Below are positions 1 through 8,493 of a stretch of 35,164 bases of DNA, piece by piece; the stretch's first letter is position 1, and every line of letters begins with the position of its first letter. A program made the position numbers and the translations under genes. The notes beneath the pieces were generated by a model, which saw only the letters and a list, made by a program, of their open reading frames with translations, did not search any database and was not told the origin of the DNA. Source of the DNA: Pseudomonadota bacterium (GTDB lineage: Bacteria > Pseudomonadota > Alphaproteobacteria > HIMB59 > GCA-002718135); assembly GCA_027625355.1 (NCBI GenBank), contig JAQBWI010000002.1:1-35164 (forward strand), written 5' to 3'.

Positions 1-35
1 ATTATTTGACATTCCACAAGAGTATACAGTAAATA

Positions 36-1007
36 TTAATTATTATAATTTTTAATCGATTTAAAAATTTCATCGAGGTTATTTTTATTTTCATAATATA
101 AATTTTCAGCAGTCTCAATTGATACTTTTTCAAAACTTACTTCTTTTCCAAAAGATAATTGTGCTAATTTAACAAGATCATTTAAAATTACAGTAGCAAT
201 TTTTGGATACCCCCCAATTGTTGGATGATCAACCATTAGTACTATGGGATTTCCATCACCTGGAACTTGAACTGATCCTTTAATAATGCCTTCAGAAGGT
301 ATGTTTCGACTTTGCTTAGAAATAATTTGATTACCATCTAACCGAATACCCATTCTGTCAGCACTTTTGGAAATTGTAAAAGGCGAATTATAAAACTGAT
401 TTATTGTTTCTAATGAAAAAAAATTTTCCTGAGGTCCTTCAATGACTCTTATAACATTACTTTTATCAGTTGTTGGAAAAGATATTTGTTTTAATTTTTC
501 ATTCTGAGATTCTTTATTAAATTCTATCAATTGATTTTCTTGAATTTTTCTACCATCATTTGGCCCAATTTTAGATCTTACTAAAGTTGATCCAGAACTA
601 TTATATTTATTTAATTTAAAACCACCAAGAAGACCAAAATATCCATAAATGGATGACTTTGTAGCTATTATGTCAATTATATCTCCTTCATGTAATTGAT
701 AAGTTTGAAAACACTTGCCTAACGTGTCTGTATAATTTTCAGATTTTTTACTTATTATAAAATGAACATCTCCTGTGATAGCAATTTGCACATTTCCTTT
801 TTCTAATTTAAGTTTTGGACCTTGATACGCAAACTCAATAACAGGTTCATTATCATCATTACCAAGTAATTTATTTGCAGTGCGGAAAAGATTGTTATCT
901 ACAACTCCCCCAGTAGTAACTCCAAAATGCTGTAAAAAATCATAACCAGAATCTTGAAAAGTTGTGTAAATTCCTGCTCTTTCTACTGAAAAATAACAAT
1001 TACTCAT
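36..1007 (-). CDS. pxpC: 5-oxoprolinase subunit C (KipA / allophanate-hydrolase-subunit-2 family)
   Basis: 323-aa ORF with family-typical stretches GIYTTFQDSGY and VDHPTIGGYPKIATVI. Its ATG (1007-1005) overlaps the TAA (1002-1000) of the upstream pxpB-like ORF. A LamB/YcsF gene lies divergently, giving the usual pxpA/pxpBC trio. Confidence 0.8.
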   Translation of the reverse strand: MSNCYFSVERAGIYTTFQDSGYDFLQHFGVTTGGVVDNNLFRTANKLLGNDDNEPVIEFAYQGPKLKLEKGNVQIAITGDVHFIISKKSENYTDTLGKCFQTYQLHEGDIIDIIATKSSIYGYFGLLGGFKLNKYNSSGSTLVRSKIGPNDGRKIQENQLIEFNKESQNEKLKQISFPTTDKSNVIRVIEGPQENFFSLETINQFYNSPFTISKSADRMGIRLDGNQIISKQSRNIPSEGIIKGSVQVPGDGNPIVLMVDHPTIGGYPKIATVILNDLVKLAQLSFGKEVSFEKVSIETAENLYYENKNNLDEIFKSIKNYNN

Positions 1008-1695
1008 TTATTTTTTGTATTTCTAAAAACTCTTTTTTTGAAATTTTGCAAATTTTTACTTTTGACCCAGGATTGAGTAGTGTTGCTTTAATTTTATTTT
1101 TATCAAATAATTTTATTGGTGTTCGACCTATAATATTCCAACCACCAGGACTTTGATTTGGATATATGACACAAAACTTATCTACAATTCCCACGGATCC
1201 AGACGGAACTTGTAAACGGGGAGTCATTAATCTTGGAACATTTAAATTAGTTTCCAAATCTCCCATAAATGGAAGACCGGGCATAAAACCTATCATGTAA
1301 ACAAAAAATTGGGTTGATAAATGTGAATTGATTATCAGATCTTCATTAATCTTAGTTTTTTTTGAAACATCTTTAATATCCAATGCAAACTCTTCATCAT
1401 AACATACTGGTATTTCTACTTCATCAATATTTACACTTGACTCAGTTTGCAAACGCTCAATACCATTTAAAAAATTTATAAGTTCATCTTTGTTTTTTTT
1501 TGAGGGATTAAAATGAATCAGCAGTTTATTATAAGAGGGAACACAATTTTTTAATCCTAACGGATTGTTCTTTTGCATTTTTTTAGAAATAAAATTAAAT
1601 GTATTAATTACATTTTGATTTATTTCTCTGGTTACCTCATCTCCAAAATCTAATAAAAACGCTTGTTCACTTATTTGATTTACATTTTTAATCAT
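1000..1695 (-). CDS. pxpB: 5-oxoprolinase subunit B (KipI / allophanate-hydrolase-subunit-1 family)
   Basis: 231-aa ORF with an ATG start. Motifs GFMPGLPFMG and SPGGWNIIGRTP are typical of the KipI/PxpB cyclophilin-like family. It is translationally coupled to pxpC. Confidence 0.8.
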   Translation of the reverse strand: MIKNVNQISEQAFLLDFGDEVTREINQNVINTFNFISKKMQKNNPLGLKNCVPSYNKLLIHFNPSKKNKDELINFLNGIERLQTESSVNIDEVEIPVCYDEEFALDIKDVSKKTKINEDLIINSHLSTQFFVYMIGFMPGLPFMGDLETNLNVPRLMTPRLQVPSGSVGIVDKFCVIYPNQSPGGWNIIGRTPIKLFDKNKIKATLLNPGSKVKICKISKKEFLEIQKINE

Positions 1696-1719
1696 TATTA
1701 TTGTGATATACTATAATGT

Positions 1720-2493
1720 ATGGAAGCAAATTTAAACTGTGATTTAGGTGAGAAATCTCATCATTATGATGGAAAAAATGATGAAATTTTAATGCAAATA
1801 ATTAATACCGCAAACATCGCTTGTGGTTTCCATGCTGGTGATAATGAAACAATGAGTCAAACTATAAAGTTGGCAAAAATAAATAATATTAGCATTGGTG
1901 CACATCCTAGTTTTGATGATAAAGAAAATTTTGGACGAAAAAGAATATATCTAAGTGAAACAGAAGTAACAAAACTGGTAATTGATCAAATAAATATTTT
2001 GAATGAATTAGCTCAACAAGCAGATATGGAATTGACCCATATCAAACCGCATGGAGCTTTAAATAATATGGCATGTGAAAATTACGAGCTATCTTTAACA
2101 ATTGGCTCCGCTATCAAAGAATGTAATCCTAATCTGATTTATATGGGACTTCCTTTAACAGAAATGGAAAGAGCGGCCAAAAAACTTAACTTAAAATTTG
2201 CTGCAGAAATCTTTGCCGACAGAAATTATGATGATAGCGGATTATTGTTATCTAGAGACAAAGAAAACTCTTTGATAACAGAGCCACAAAAAGCAGTAGA
2301 TAACGTGAAGCGTATGTTAGAACATAAAGCGATATACTGTTATTCTGGTAAAAAAATTTTGTGTGACATTGATACTATTTGTATTCATGGAGATGGTGTA
2401 TCAGCTGTAGAGATAGCTGATTACTTAAATAAAGAATTAATTAAAGATGGTTTTGTAATGAAGAAATTAGATCAATTAAGTAAGTTTAATTAA
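1720..2493 (+). CDS. pxpA: 5-oxoprolinase subunit A (LamB/YcsF family)
   Basis: 257-aa ORF with LamB/YcsF hallmarks NCDLGE, ACGFHAGD and KPHGALNN. It is divergent from pxpBC with only a 24-bp spacer. Confidence 0.85.
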   Translation: MEANLNCDLGEKSHHYDGKNDEILMQIINTANIACGFHAGDNETMSQTIKLAKINNISIGAHPSFDDKENFGRKRIYLSETEVTKLVIDQINILNELAQQADMELTHIKPHGALNNMACENYELSLTIGSAIKECNPNLIYMGLPLTEMERAAKKLNLKFAAEIFADRNYDDSGLLLSRDKENSLITEPQKAVDNVKRMLEHKAIYCYSGKKILCDIDTICIHGDGVSAVEIADYLNKELIKDGFVMKKLDQLSKFN

Positions 2494-2497
2494 AATA

Positions 2498-3571
2498 TTA
2501 TTTAATTACATTAAGACCGTCAGTTAAATTTATTTTACCAATATTCTTTGCCTTGTTAAATTCCTTAATTCTATCAAATACATCAACATTAATTTGCCTG
2601 TAAATATCAAGTAGATCAATTAACACCCAGTTTTCTCTTATTAGTCCATTTTCAACTCTCCAAAAATCTAAACTACGCATCTCTAAAGGTTGTTTTGATG
2701 GCGCTATGCCCATCCATCCATCATTAGTTATTGTTAATCGCATATTAGGCCAGCCTGTTTCACAAACATAATTTCCTTCATGAATCCAATGCGTCTGTAA
2801 ATCTTCCATACCTTCAAAAGCTAATTTTTCATTTGAGGAACCTCCTTTACGATCCGGCATAGCTCGTAAAAAAGGAATTTGATGCCAATGCCTAAAACCA
2901 GCTATGCCTCTTCCTGTTCCTATTCCTGCTGGTCCATACCAATTAACCTGAGGGTGCCAGTATTTTTCTAATTCCATAATTTTTGGATCGGGATTACTTG
3001 GATGTTTAGATAGACCATGAAGCATATCAATTACATGGTCTAAATTTTTTTTTCCATCACCAGTAATTGTTAAGCCATCACCCGTCATAGGAGACGGTGT
3101 GCATAAAAAAGCACCTAATTGAGGAACCATGGGCCAAGAATTTGCTTGCATCATTAATTCTGGTAAATCCCATATAGATTGCATTTCAGTAATTTGATTA
3201 TCTTCAATTTGAAAAAACTCATGATACCGCATATGAATTAAATTACCAGTTGGCGGGATATCTAAAAAAGGCTTAAGAAAAGTACCCATATAATTACCCA
3301 TGGTACCTATCCACTCTTTTCCTTCAGGTGTTGTTCCCGCCATAACAATCATATCTCTTCTTTCTAGATCAGGGATACTTTCAATTAAGGGCAATAAACA
3401 CTTAGATAATAAATTATCTAATCCATTAAAGGTGCCAAATGGATGACAAAAATGAATTAAAGAATTGTTAGAAAAATATTTTTTTAGAGAATTATTAATT
3501 GAGGCTTGATTGCAAGTTTGAAGAGTCAATTGATAATCAACAAAATATTTTTTTAATTCTTCTGAATTCAT
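2498..3571 (-). CDS. Tandem NTF2/SnoaL-like (predicted ester-cyclase type) protein, function unknown (paralogue A)
   Basis: 357-aa ORF. It shares PDLERRD, TGDG, YWHPxxxWYGPxGIGTxRGxxGF..HHQxPF and LIRENWVxID....I.VDVFD.IK blocks with the ORF at 13426-14517. Its ATG overlaps the SDR stop (TAATG at 3573-3569). It is the last gene of the transporter operon. Confidence 0.6.
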   Translation of the reverse strand: MNSEELKKYFVDYQLTLQTCNQASINNSLKKYFSNNSLIHFCHPFGTFNGLDNLLSKCLLPLIESIPDLERRDMIVMAGTTPEGKEWIGTMGNYMGTFLKPFLDIPPTGNLIHMRYHEFFQIEDNQITEMQSIWDLPELMMQANSWPMVPQLGAFLCTPSPMTGDGLTITGDGKKNLDHVIDMLHGLSKHPSNPDPKIMELEKYWHPQVNWYGPAGIGTGRGIAGFRHWHQIPFLRAMPDRKGGSSNEKLAFEGMEDLQTHWIHEGNYVCETGWPNMRLTITNDGWMGIAPSKQPLEMRSLDFWRVENGLIRENWVLIDLLDIYRQINVDVFDRIKEFNKAKNIGKINLTDGLNVIK

Positions 3572-4338
3572 TATTTTGCTGTCCAGCCACCATCTATAAC
3601 AAGTGATGATCCAGTCATCATAGATGAAGCATTAGAAGCTAAATAGACAACGGAAGTAGCAATATCACTATCTGTTGCTAGTCGCCCTAGTGGAATATTA
3701 TTTAACATTGCTTGTTTAAATTTTTTATCTTTAAAGAAATTTTTTACTAAAGGTGTTTCAACAAATGTTGGGCAGATTGAATTTACTCTTATATTTTTTT
3801 TAGCCAAGTCTAATGCCATACCTCGAGTTAAACCCTCAATACCAAATTTAGTCATATTATAGACACTTCGATTAGGTGCTCCCACCTTACCAAGCTGAGA
3901 GGATATATTTATTATAGATCCACCAATAAATTTTCTATTTTTTGATTTTAACATCACTTTTGCGGCCATTTGAGCAACATGAAAAGCAGCCTTGATGTTT
4001 AAATCTACTACATAATCCATATCTTCTTTTTTAATTTTAGTAAAATGCTCTGGTCGATTGGTTCCAGCATTATTAACTAAAATATCAAGCGAGTTTATTT
4101 TTTTAAAAACTGACTTTACTTCTTCAACATTAGAAACATCACATTCAAAGACAGTACATTTTCTTTTCAATTTATTGATATGCTTTTTAACCTTATTTAA
4201 ATCATTAAGTGTTCGACTTAAAATAATCAGATCTGCTCCTGCTTCAGCAAGAGCAATAGCTGAAGCCTTTCCAATTCCCTTCCCTGCTCCCGTTACTAAG
4301 GCGGTTTTGTTTTTGAATTCAAATTTTTGTAAATACAT
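3571..4338 (-). CDS. Short-chain dehydrogenase/reductase (classical SDR)
   Basis: 255 aa. It has the cofactor motif TGAGKGIGKA, NNAG, and the catalytic Ser...YNMTK (YxxxK). Confidence 0.85.
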   Translation of the reverse strand: MYLQKFEFKNKTALVTGAGKGIGKASAIALAEAGADLIILSRTLNDLNKVKKHINKLKRKCTVFECDVSNVEEVKSVFKKINSLDILVNNAGTNRPEHFTKIKKEDMDYVVDLNIKAAFHVAQMAAKVMLKSKNRKFIGGSIINISSQLGKVGAPNRSVYNMTKFGIEGLTRGMALDLAKKNIRVNSICPTFVETPLVKNFFKDKKFKQAMLNNIPLGRLATDSDIATSVVYLASNASSMMTGSSLVIDGGWTAK

Positions 4339-4347
4339 TTCTTCTAT

Positions 4348-4363
4348 ATCAATATTTATTGAT
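4348..4363. promoter_or_regulatory. Palindrome ATCAATA-TT-TATTGAT in the HAD-SDR intercistronic gap
   Basis: 7-bp perfect arms seen directly, 10 nt upstream of the SDR ATG (4338). The half-site TATTGAT resembles the TATTGAAT half-sites of the two operator modules. The role is uncertain. Confidence 0.25.
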
Positions 4364-4373
4364 AACTTTGCAA

Positions 4374-5030
4374 CTAATTAAAAATAGAAGTGTCTAATTT
4401 CAATATTATTTTAGAACAAAAATCAAAATTATCTTCTTCATGAAATAATCCAGGAAAAGCAATACATGAAACTTTTGCATTATGTGCAGACAAGGCGCTT
4501 TCTCTTGAATCTTCAATCGCAATACATTCATTAGGTTCAAGGTTGAGTCTTTTAATTGCCTCGATGTAAATATCAGAATGAGGTTTAGGATTTTGTACCA
4601 TCATATTATTACCAACAAAATCAAAATCCTCTTCGATAAAATAATTTTTTAATGCCAAAAAAACCGAGTTAACATTTTCTTTTGTTGTAGATGTTACAAA
4701 TCCTAACTTTATTTGATTGTTTTTTGCATATTCAATAACATCAATAACGCCTTCCCTTGGCATGAGTTTTTCAGTCATTAATTTTTTATTAAAAATGTGT
4801 GTTTTTCTCTCTCTAATTTTTTGCGCTTCAACTGTTGTGTTATTTTTTTCTGCAAAATCCTCTATTCTTTTTGTGCCACCCGATTGTTTAAGCAATAATC
4901 TATAATCTTCATGATCCCAATACCAATCTAGTCCAGCTTCTTTAAAAGCTTCATTGAAAGATTCTCTTTGTAATTCTGATGTTTCTATAATGGTTCCAAT
5001 TGAACCAAATAATAATGATTTATAGGTCAT
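4374..5030 (-). CDS. CbbY-like HAD-superfamily protein with degenerate motif I (FGSIGT instead of FDxDGT)
   Basis: 218 aa. The N-terminus LLFGSIGTIIETSELQRESFNEAFKEAGLDWYWDHEDYRLLLKQSGGTKRI parallels CbbY (FDVDGTLAETE...AFN..F...G.DW.WD...Y..LL...GGKERI). Motif II (VTSTT), motif III (PKPHSDIY) and motif IV (IEDS) are present, but both motif-I Asp residues are replaced. Confidence 0.7.
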   Translation of the reverse strand: MTYKSLLFGSIGTIIETSELQRESFNEAFKEAGLDWYWDHEDYRLLLKQSGGTKRIEDFAEKNNTTVEAQKIRERKTHIFNKKLMTEKLMPREGVIDVIEYAKNNQIKLGFVTSTTKENVNSVFLALKNYFIEEDFDFVGNNMMVQNPKPHSDIYIEAIKRLNLEPNECIAIEDSRESALSAHNAKVSCIAFPGLFHEEDNFDFCSKIILKLDTSIFN

Positions 5031-5031
5031 A

Positions 5032-6165
5032 TCATCCTTTCACAGATCCTTGGGTTAATCCAGATACTATTTGTTTTTGAAAAAACATAACCAAAATAAA
5101 TAAAGGTAATGTTATTGATGCGGCAGCAGCAATAGACTCTACTAAATCTGTCATTGTTGTTTCCATATTAAAGTATTGCATAATAGCAGGTACCATAGTT
5201 TGTGATTGACCATCAAGTAACAGAGCACATACAAGGTAATCATTATAAGCTAATAAAAAAGAAAAAAGTCCTGTAGTAATAACTCCGGGCCACATTAAAG
5301 GCATAATTATCATCCAGAAGGCTTGAAAAGAATTACATCCATCTATCTGAGCTGCGTCATCTAGGTCTTGAGGAATATTCATAAAAAATGATCTTAACAT
5401 CCAAATCGTAAAAGGCTGGTTAATTGCAACCAACAGAATAATCACAGCTATTTTTTTTCCATAAAGGCCATAATCTATAAACAATTCTAAATAACCAGTG
5501 ACTAAAACTGAATGAGGAAGAGCTCTAAATACTAATGCTGCAACTAACAACCAAAACGCTATCATAGTATTACTTCTTGATAAAGCGTAGCCTGCGAGAG
5601 TACCTACTGTTAATGAAATTGTCACGACACCTAAGGTAACAAAAGCTGTATTTAAAAATTGTTTATAAAATTCATTTTCTGCCCAAACAGCAATAAAATG
5701 CTTAGTAGTAAAGCCTATCAAAGGTTTAGAAAGTATTTTTAAAAAAGGGACATACTCAAAAAAATTATTTAGAAAATTTGCAATATGAGTATTTAAAAAT
5801 AAAAAAAGTGCTAAAAATAAAGCGATGAAAATTAAGATCAATAATAAAAATGATATTAACTTGTTATTAGTTAGATTATTAATTTTCAAAAAATAATTTT
5901 CACGACTTTTGAAAAATTTAAAATAAATATAAATTGATAAACACAAAAACATTAAATTTATGAATGATAGTCCACCTACCTGCTTTAATGTATTAGGGCC
6001 AATAATTACATTCAAGGGATTTGCAGCAAAAGAGTCAACTGGTAACTTAATCGACATTATTAAGACCCACAAAAGAGGAAAAAGTGCTATAAAAGTCCAT
6101 AACATGATGGAAATACCAACTATCACTTTTAAGGTTAACGACAAATTAAACAATTTGCTTTCCAT
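5032..6165 (-). CDS. ABC transporter permease (CUT1 sugar-type, MalG/UgpE-like) with an extra hydrophobic insertion
   Basis: 377 aa, multi-TM. It has the EAA-loop DAAQIDGCNSFQAFWMIIMPL. About 100 extra residues lie between TM1 and the conserved core and contain two hydrophobic helices (LSFINLMFLCLSIYIYFKFF, LISFLLLILIFIALFLALFLFL). Its ATG overlaps the stop of the upstream permease (6167-6163). Confidence 0.85.
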   Translation of the reverse strand: MESKLFNLSLTLKVIVGISIMLWTFIALFPLLWVLIMSIKLPVDSFAANPLNVIIGPNTLKQVGGLSFINLMFLCLSIYIYFKFFKSRENYFLKINNLTNNKLISFLLLILIFIALFLALFLFLNTHIANFLNNFFEYVPFLKILSKPLIGFTTKHFIAVWAENEFYKQFLNTAFVTLGVVTISLTVGTLAGYALSRSNTMIAFWLLVAALVFRALPHSVLVTGYLELFIDYGLYGKKIAVIILLVAINQPFTIWMLRSFFMNIPQDLDDAAQIDGCNSFQAFWMIIMPLMWPGVITTGLFSFLLAYNDYLVCALLLDGQSQTMVPAIMQYFNMETTMTDLVESIAAAASITLPLFILVMFFQKQIVSGLTQGSVKG

Positions 6166-7184
6166 TAATTCCTCTTCTCTTTCTGTTCTTTGAAAACTCT
6201 TCGTAAAACAGGAATTAAAATTATTACAATTCCAATCATAGTAAGCATTGATGTTGCTGATGCCCTTCCAATATATCTACTTCCTGAATCATCTAATCTT
6301 AAAAAATCATATGTCATCCATTGAAGTGAGTTTAAAAACCCCTCTGCACTAAACCCAACTATTTCATCAAATACTCTATAAGCATCCATCAAATGAATAA
6401 GTGTAACAAAAACAATGAGAGGCATAATGTGAGGAATAACTATGTATCTTAATCTCTGAAATCGATTGGCGCCGTCAACAAAAGCTGCTTCTATTCTATC
6501 TTTATCAACAGTTTGTAAAGCCGCGTAAAATATTACAAATGCAAAAGGAGTTGTGTGCCAAATTTTATAAAACAAAACCAAAAGCTCAATTGACCAAGCT
6601 TTGGCAAAAACTGAAATATCTTTTTCTAAAATATATTCCAAAAACGAAGTTATAATACCATCACCAATAAATAACCATTTAATTGATAAAGAACCAATCA
6701 CAGGGGTAATTATGAAGGGTAATAATGTTATAAAAATTACAGGCCCTTTTAATCTATTTACCAAGTTGTTTACACATAATGCTAAACACAAACCAAAAAT
6801 AAGAACAAAAGGTAATGTTATAAATGTAAAAGTTAGTGTAAATCTTAAAGCTTTATAGAAATCAATTGATTGTATTGCAGACCAAGAATAACCATTATTT
6901 TGGATTATCGAATTTAAATCTACAAATTTTAAAATATTTTTATAATTTTCCCAACCAACCCATATATTAATTTTAGACCTATTTCCTTTTTCATCTAGAA
7001 CAGGCACTTTCAGAATTTCTGTTTTGCATCCAAACGGATCACACTTTTCTCTTTCTACAATCTCTAAAATATCTTGTTTGAAATGAAAACTTTGAAAAAA
7101 GACTAAAAATAATGGAATGGCAATAAAAAAAACCATCATTATAAATGATGGCATCGTAAAAATTAAAAAAGTTTTTTTATTCAT
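6165..7184 (-). CDS. ABC transporter permease (CUT1 sugar-type, MalF/UgpA-like)
   Basis: 339 aa, multi-TM. It has the EAA-loop EAAFVDGANRFQRLRYIVIPHIMP and a periplasmic loop after TM1 containing CDPFGC. Confidence 0.85.
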   Translation of the reverse strand: MNKKTFLIFTMPSFIMMVFFIAIPLFLVFFQSFHFKQDILEIVEREKCDPFGCKTEILKVPVLDEKGNRSKINIWVGWENYKNILKFVDLNSIIQNNGYSWSAIQSIDFYKALRFTLTFTFITLPFVLIFGLCLALCVNNLVNRLKGPVIFITLLPFIITPVIGSLSIKWLFIGDGIITSFLEYILEKDISVFAKAWSIELLVLFYKIWHTTPFAFVIFYAALQTVDKDRIEAAFVDGANRFQRLRYIVIPHIMPLIVFVTLIHLMDAYRVFDEIVGFSAEGFLNSLQWMTYDFLRLDDSGSRYIGRASATSMLTMIGIVIILIPVLRRVFKEQKEKRN

Positions 7185-7189
7185 ACAAA

Positions 7190-7226
7190 AATTACCCTCT
7201 ACTGTAATTTAGAGTAGAGGGTAATT
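7190..7226 (-). terminator. Intercistronic stem-loop (14-bp stem, 9-nt loop) plus U-run between the SBP and permease genes; attenuator / RNA-stabiliser type
   Basis: On the minus-strand RNA, AAUUACCCUCUACU (7226-7213) pairs perfectly with AGUAGAGGGUAAUU (7203-7190). It is followed by UUUGU and then the permease AUG (7184). The only SD-like element for the permease (GAGGG) lies inside the 3' arm. Confidence 0.6.
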
Positions 7227-7232
7227 AAATTT

Positions 7233-8447
7233 TTATAAAAGACCTTTTTCTGTTGCAGCAGTAATATAATCTGCCTCTATTTTTTCGAGTGTAGCTTTAG
7301 CTGTTGCTGCACCAGTTAAATAGTCAGGAAGCGTATTACCTAAAACTCCATGCAAAGTACTCATTTTTGCTGAAGCAGGATAAGGAGCAGCTCCTCCTTT
7401 TGCAGTCATAACAGCTCCAATGTTTGAAGGTGCTGGGTCAAAAGCACTTGAAATCCACGGTGCAGCTTCAGGACTTTCACCTAAATTTGAAGGATCTAAA
7501 CCAACCATAGCTAATTTAAATGCAGCTTCCGCTTCTTCATCAGAAATATTTTTTGCAATAACAACTCCATCCCACCAAAGAGTAGAAGCTGGTTTTCCTC
7601 CTCTTATCGTAGTAGGTGCTGATGCAAATTTAACTAATCCGACAACGCTTGATTCTTCTGCGTTATCCATTGCACCTGCTCTAGAAGCCCATAAATTTGC
7701 CATTGCAATTTTACCTTGTTGGAATTGTTGTTGAACGTACGTTGAATCAGAAGTCAAATATTCTGGATCCATATACTCAGTAAGCTTTTTCAACATTTTA
7801 AGTGTTTCGTAACCATTTGCATTATTTACAGCAGGCATATTTTCATCAAAGAAAGTATCAGCATAACCTAAATACATGTTTATAAACTCTTCACCTAAAT
7901 TCCAACCAGCTGCAAATGTACCTCCCAAAGGATAATCTACTACCCCAGCATTTTGTATAATTTTAGCAGCTTTGATCACTTCGTCGTAAGTTGTTGGTAC
8001 ATCAATACCTAGATCATTGAGAATATCTTCTCTATAAAATAAATGTTGAGCATTGGTCATCATGGCAATTGCCATGACCTGTCCATTAATTGTAACTTTT
8101 TGGTTGTCTTGTAAAGCACCACCATGCTTAGCAATCAAATCATCAAGCGGTCTAGTTAATCCAGCATCAAGAACTGAAACATTTGTAGATGCAGATACGC
8201 CTGCTAGAGCATACTGTGATGGATTACTATCCAGTGCTGCTACAATTTTATCTTTGTAATCTTGATCAAGTGTTGGTGTGAAATTACCACATTCTTCCAT
8301 AGCACTTGTAACAACTTTCCAAGCGTCAAATCCAGCACTTAGTGAAGTTAATGGAACATCGTTTTTATTTTCACAAGCTTTTGCAGAGCTAAAACCAATT
8401 AAGGCAAAAGATGCAATAACTGAAAATAATATAAATAATTTTTTCAT
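7233..8447 (-). CDS. Periplasmic substrate-binding protein of a CUT1-type ABC importer
   Basis: 404 aa. It has an N-terminal signal peptide MKKLFILFSVIASFALIGFSSAKA, an extracellular solute-binding family-1-like length and composition, and a strong SD (AGAGGAA) before the ATG. It is the first gene of the transporter operon. Confidence 0.85.
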   Translation of the reverse strand: MKKLFILFSVIASFALIGFSSAKACENKNDVPLTSLSAGFDAWKVVTSAMEECGNFTPTLDQDYKDKIVAALDSNPSQYALAGVSASTNVSVLDAGLTRPLDDLIAKHGGALQDNQKVTINGQVMAIAMMTNAQHLFYREDILNDLGIDVPTTYDEVIKAAKIIQNAGVVDYPLGGTFAAGWNLGEEFINMYLGYADTFFDENMPAVNNANGYETLKMLKKLTEYMDPEYLTSDSTYVQQQFQQGKIAMANLWASRAGAMDNAEESSVVGLVKFASAPTTIRGGKPASTLWWDGVVIAKNISDEEAEAAFKLAMVGLDPSNLGESPEAAPWISSAFDPAPSNIGAVMTAKGGAAPYPASAKMSTLHGVLGNTLPDYLTGAATAKATLEKIEADYITAATEKGLL

Positions 8448-8493
8448 ATGAATTCCTCTATTTATTTAAATATACAATTGATATTACATAAGA

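Noticed and set aside
8376-8447. Lipoprotein lipobox in the SBP signal peptide (..GFSSAKA-C).
   Set aside because: Positions -3 to -1 (A-K-A) do not fit the L-[AS]-[GA]-C lipobox, since a Lys at -2 is atypical. A-x-A followed by Cys fits signal peptidase I cleavage better.
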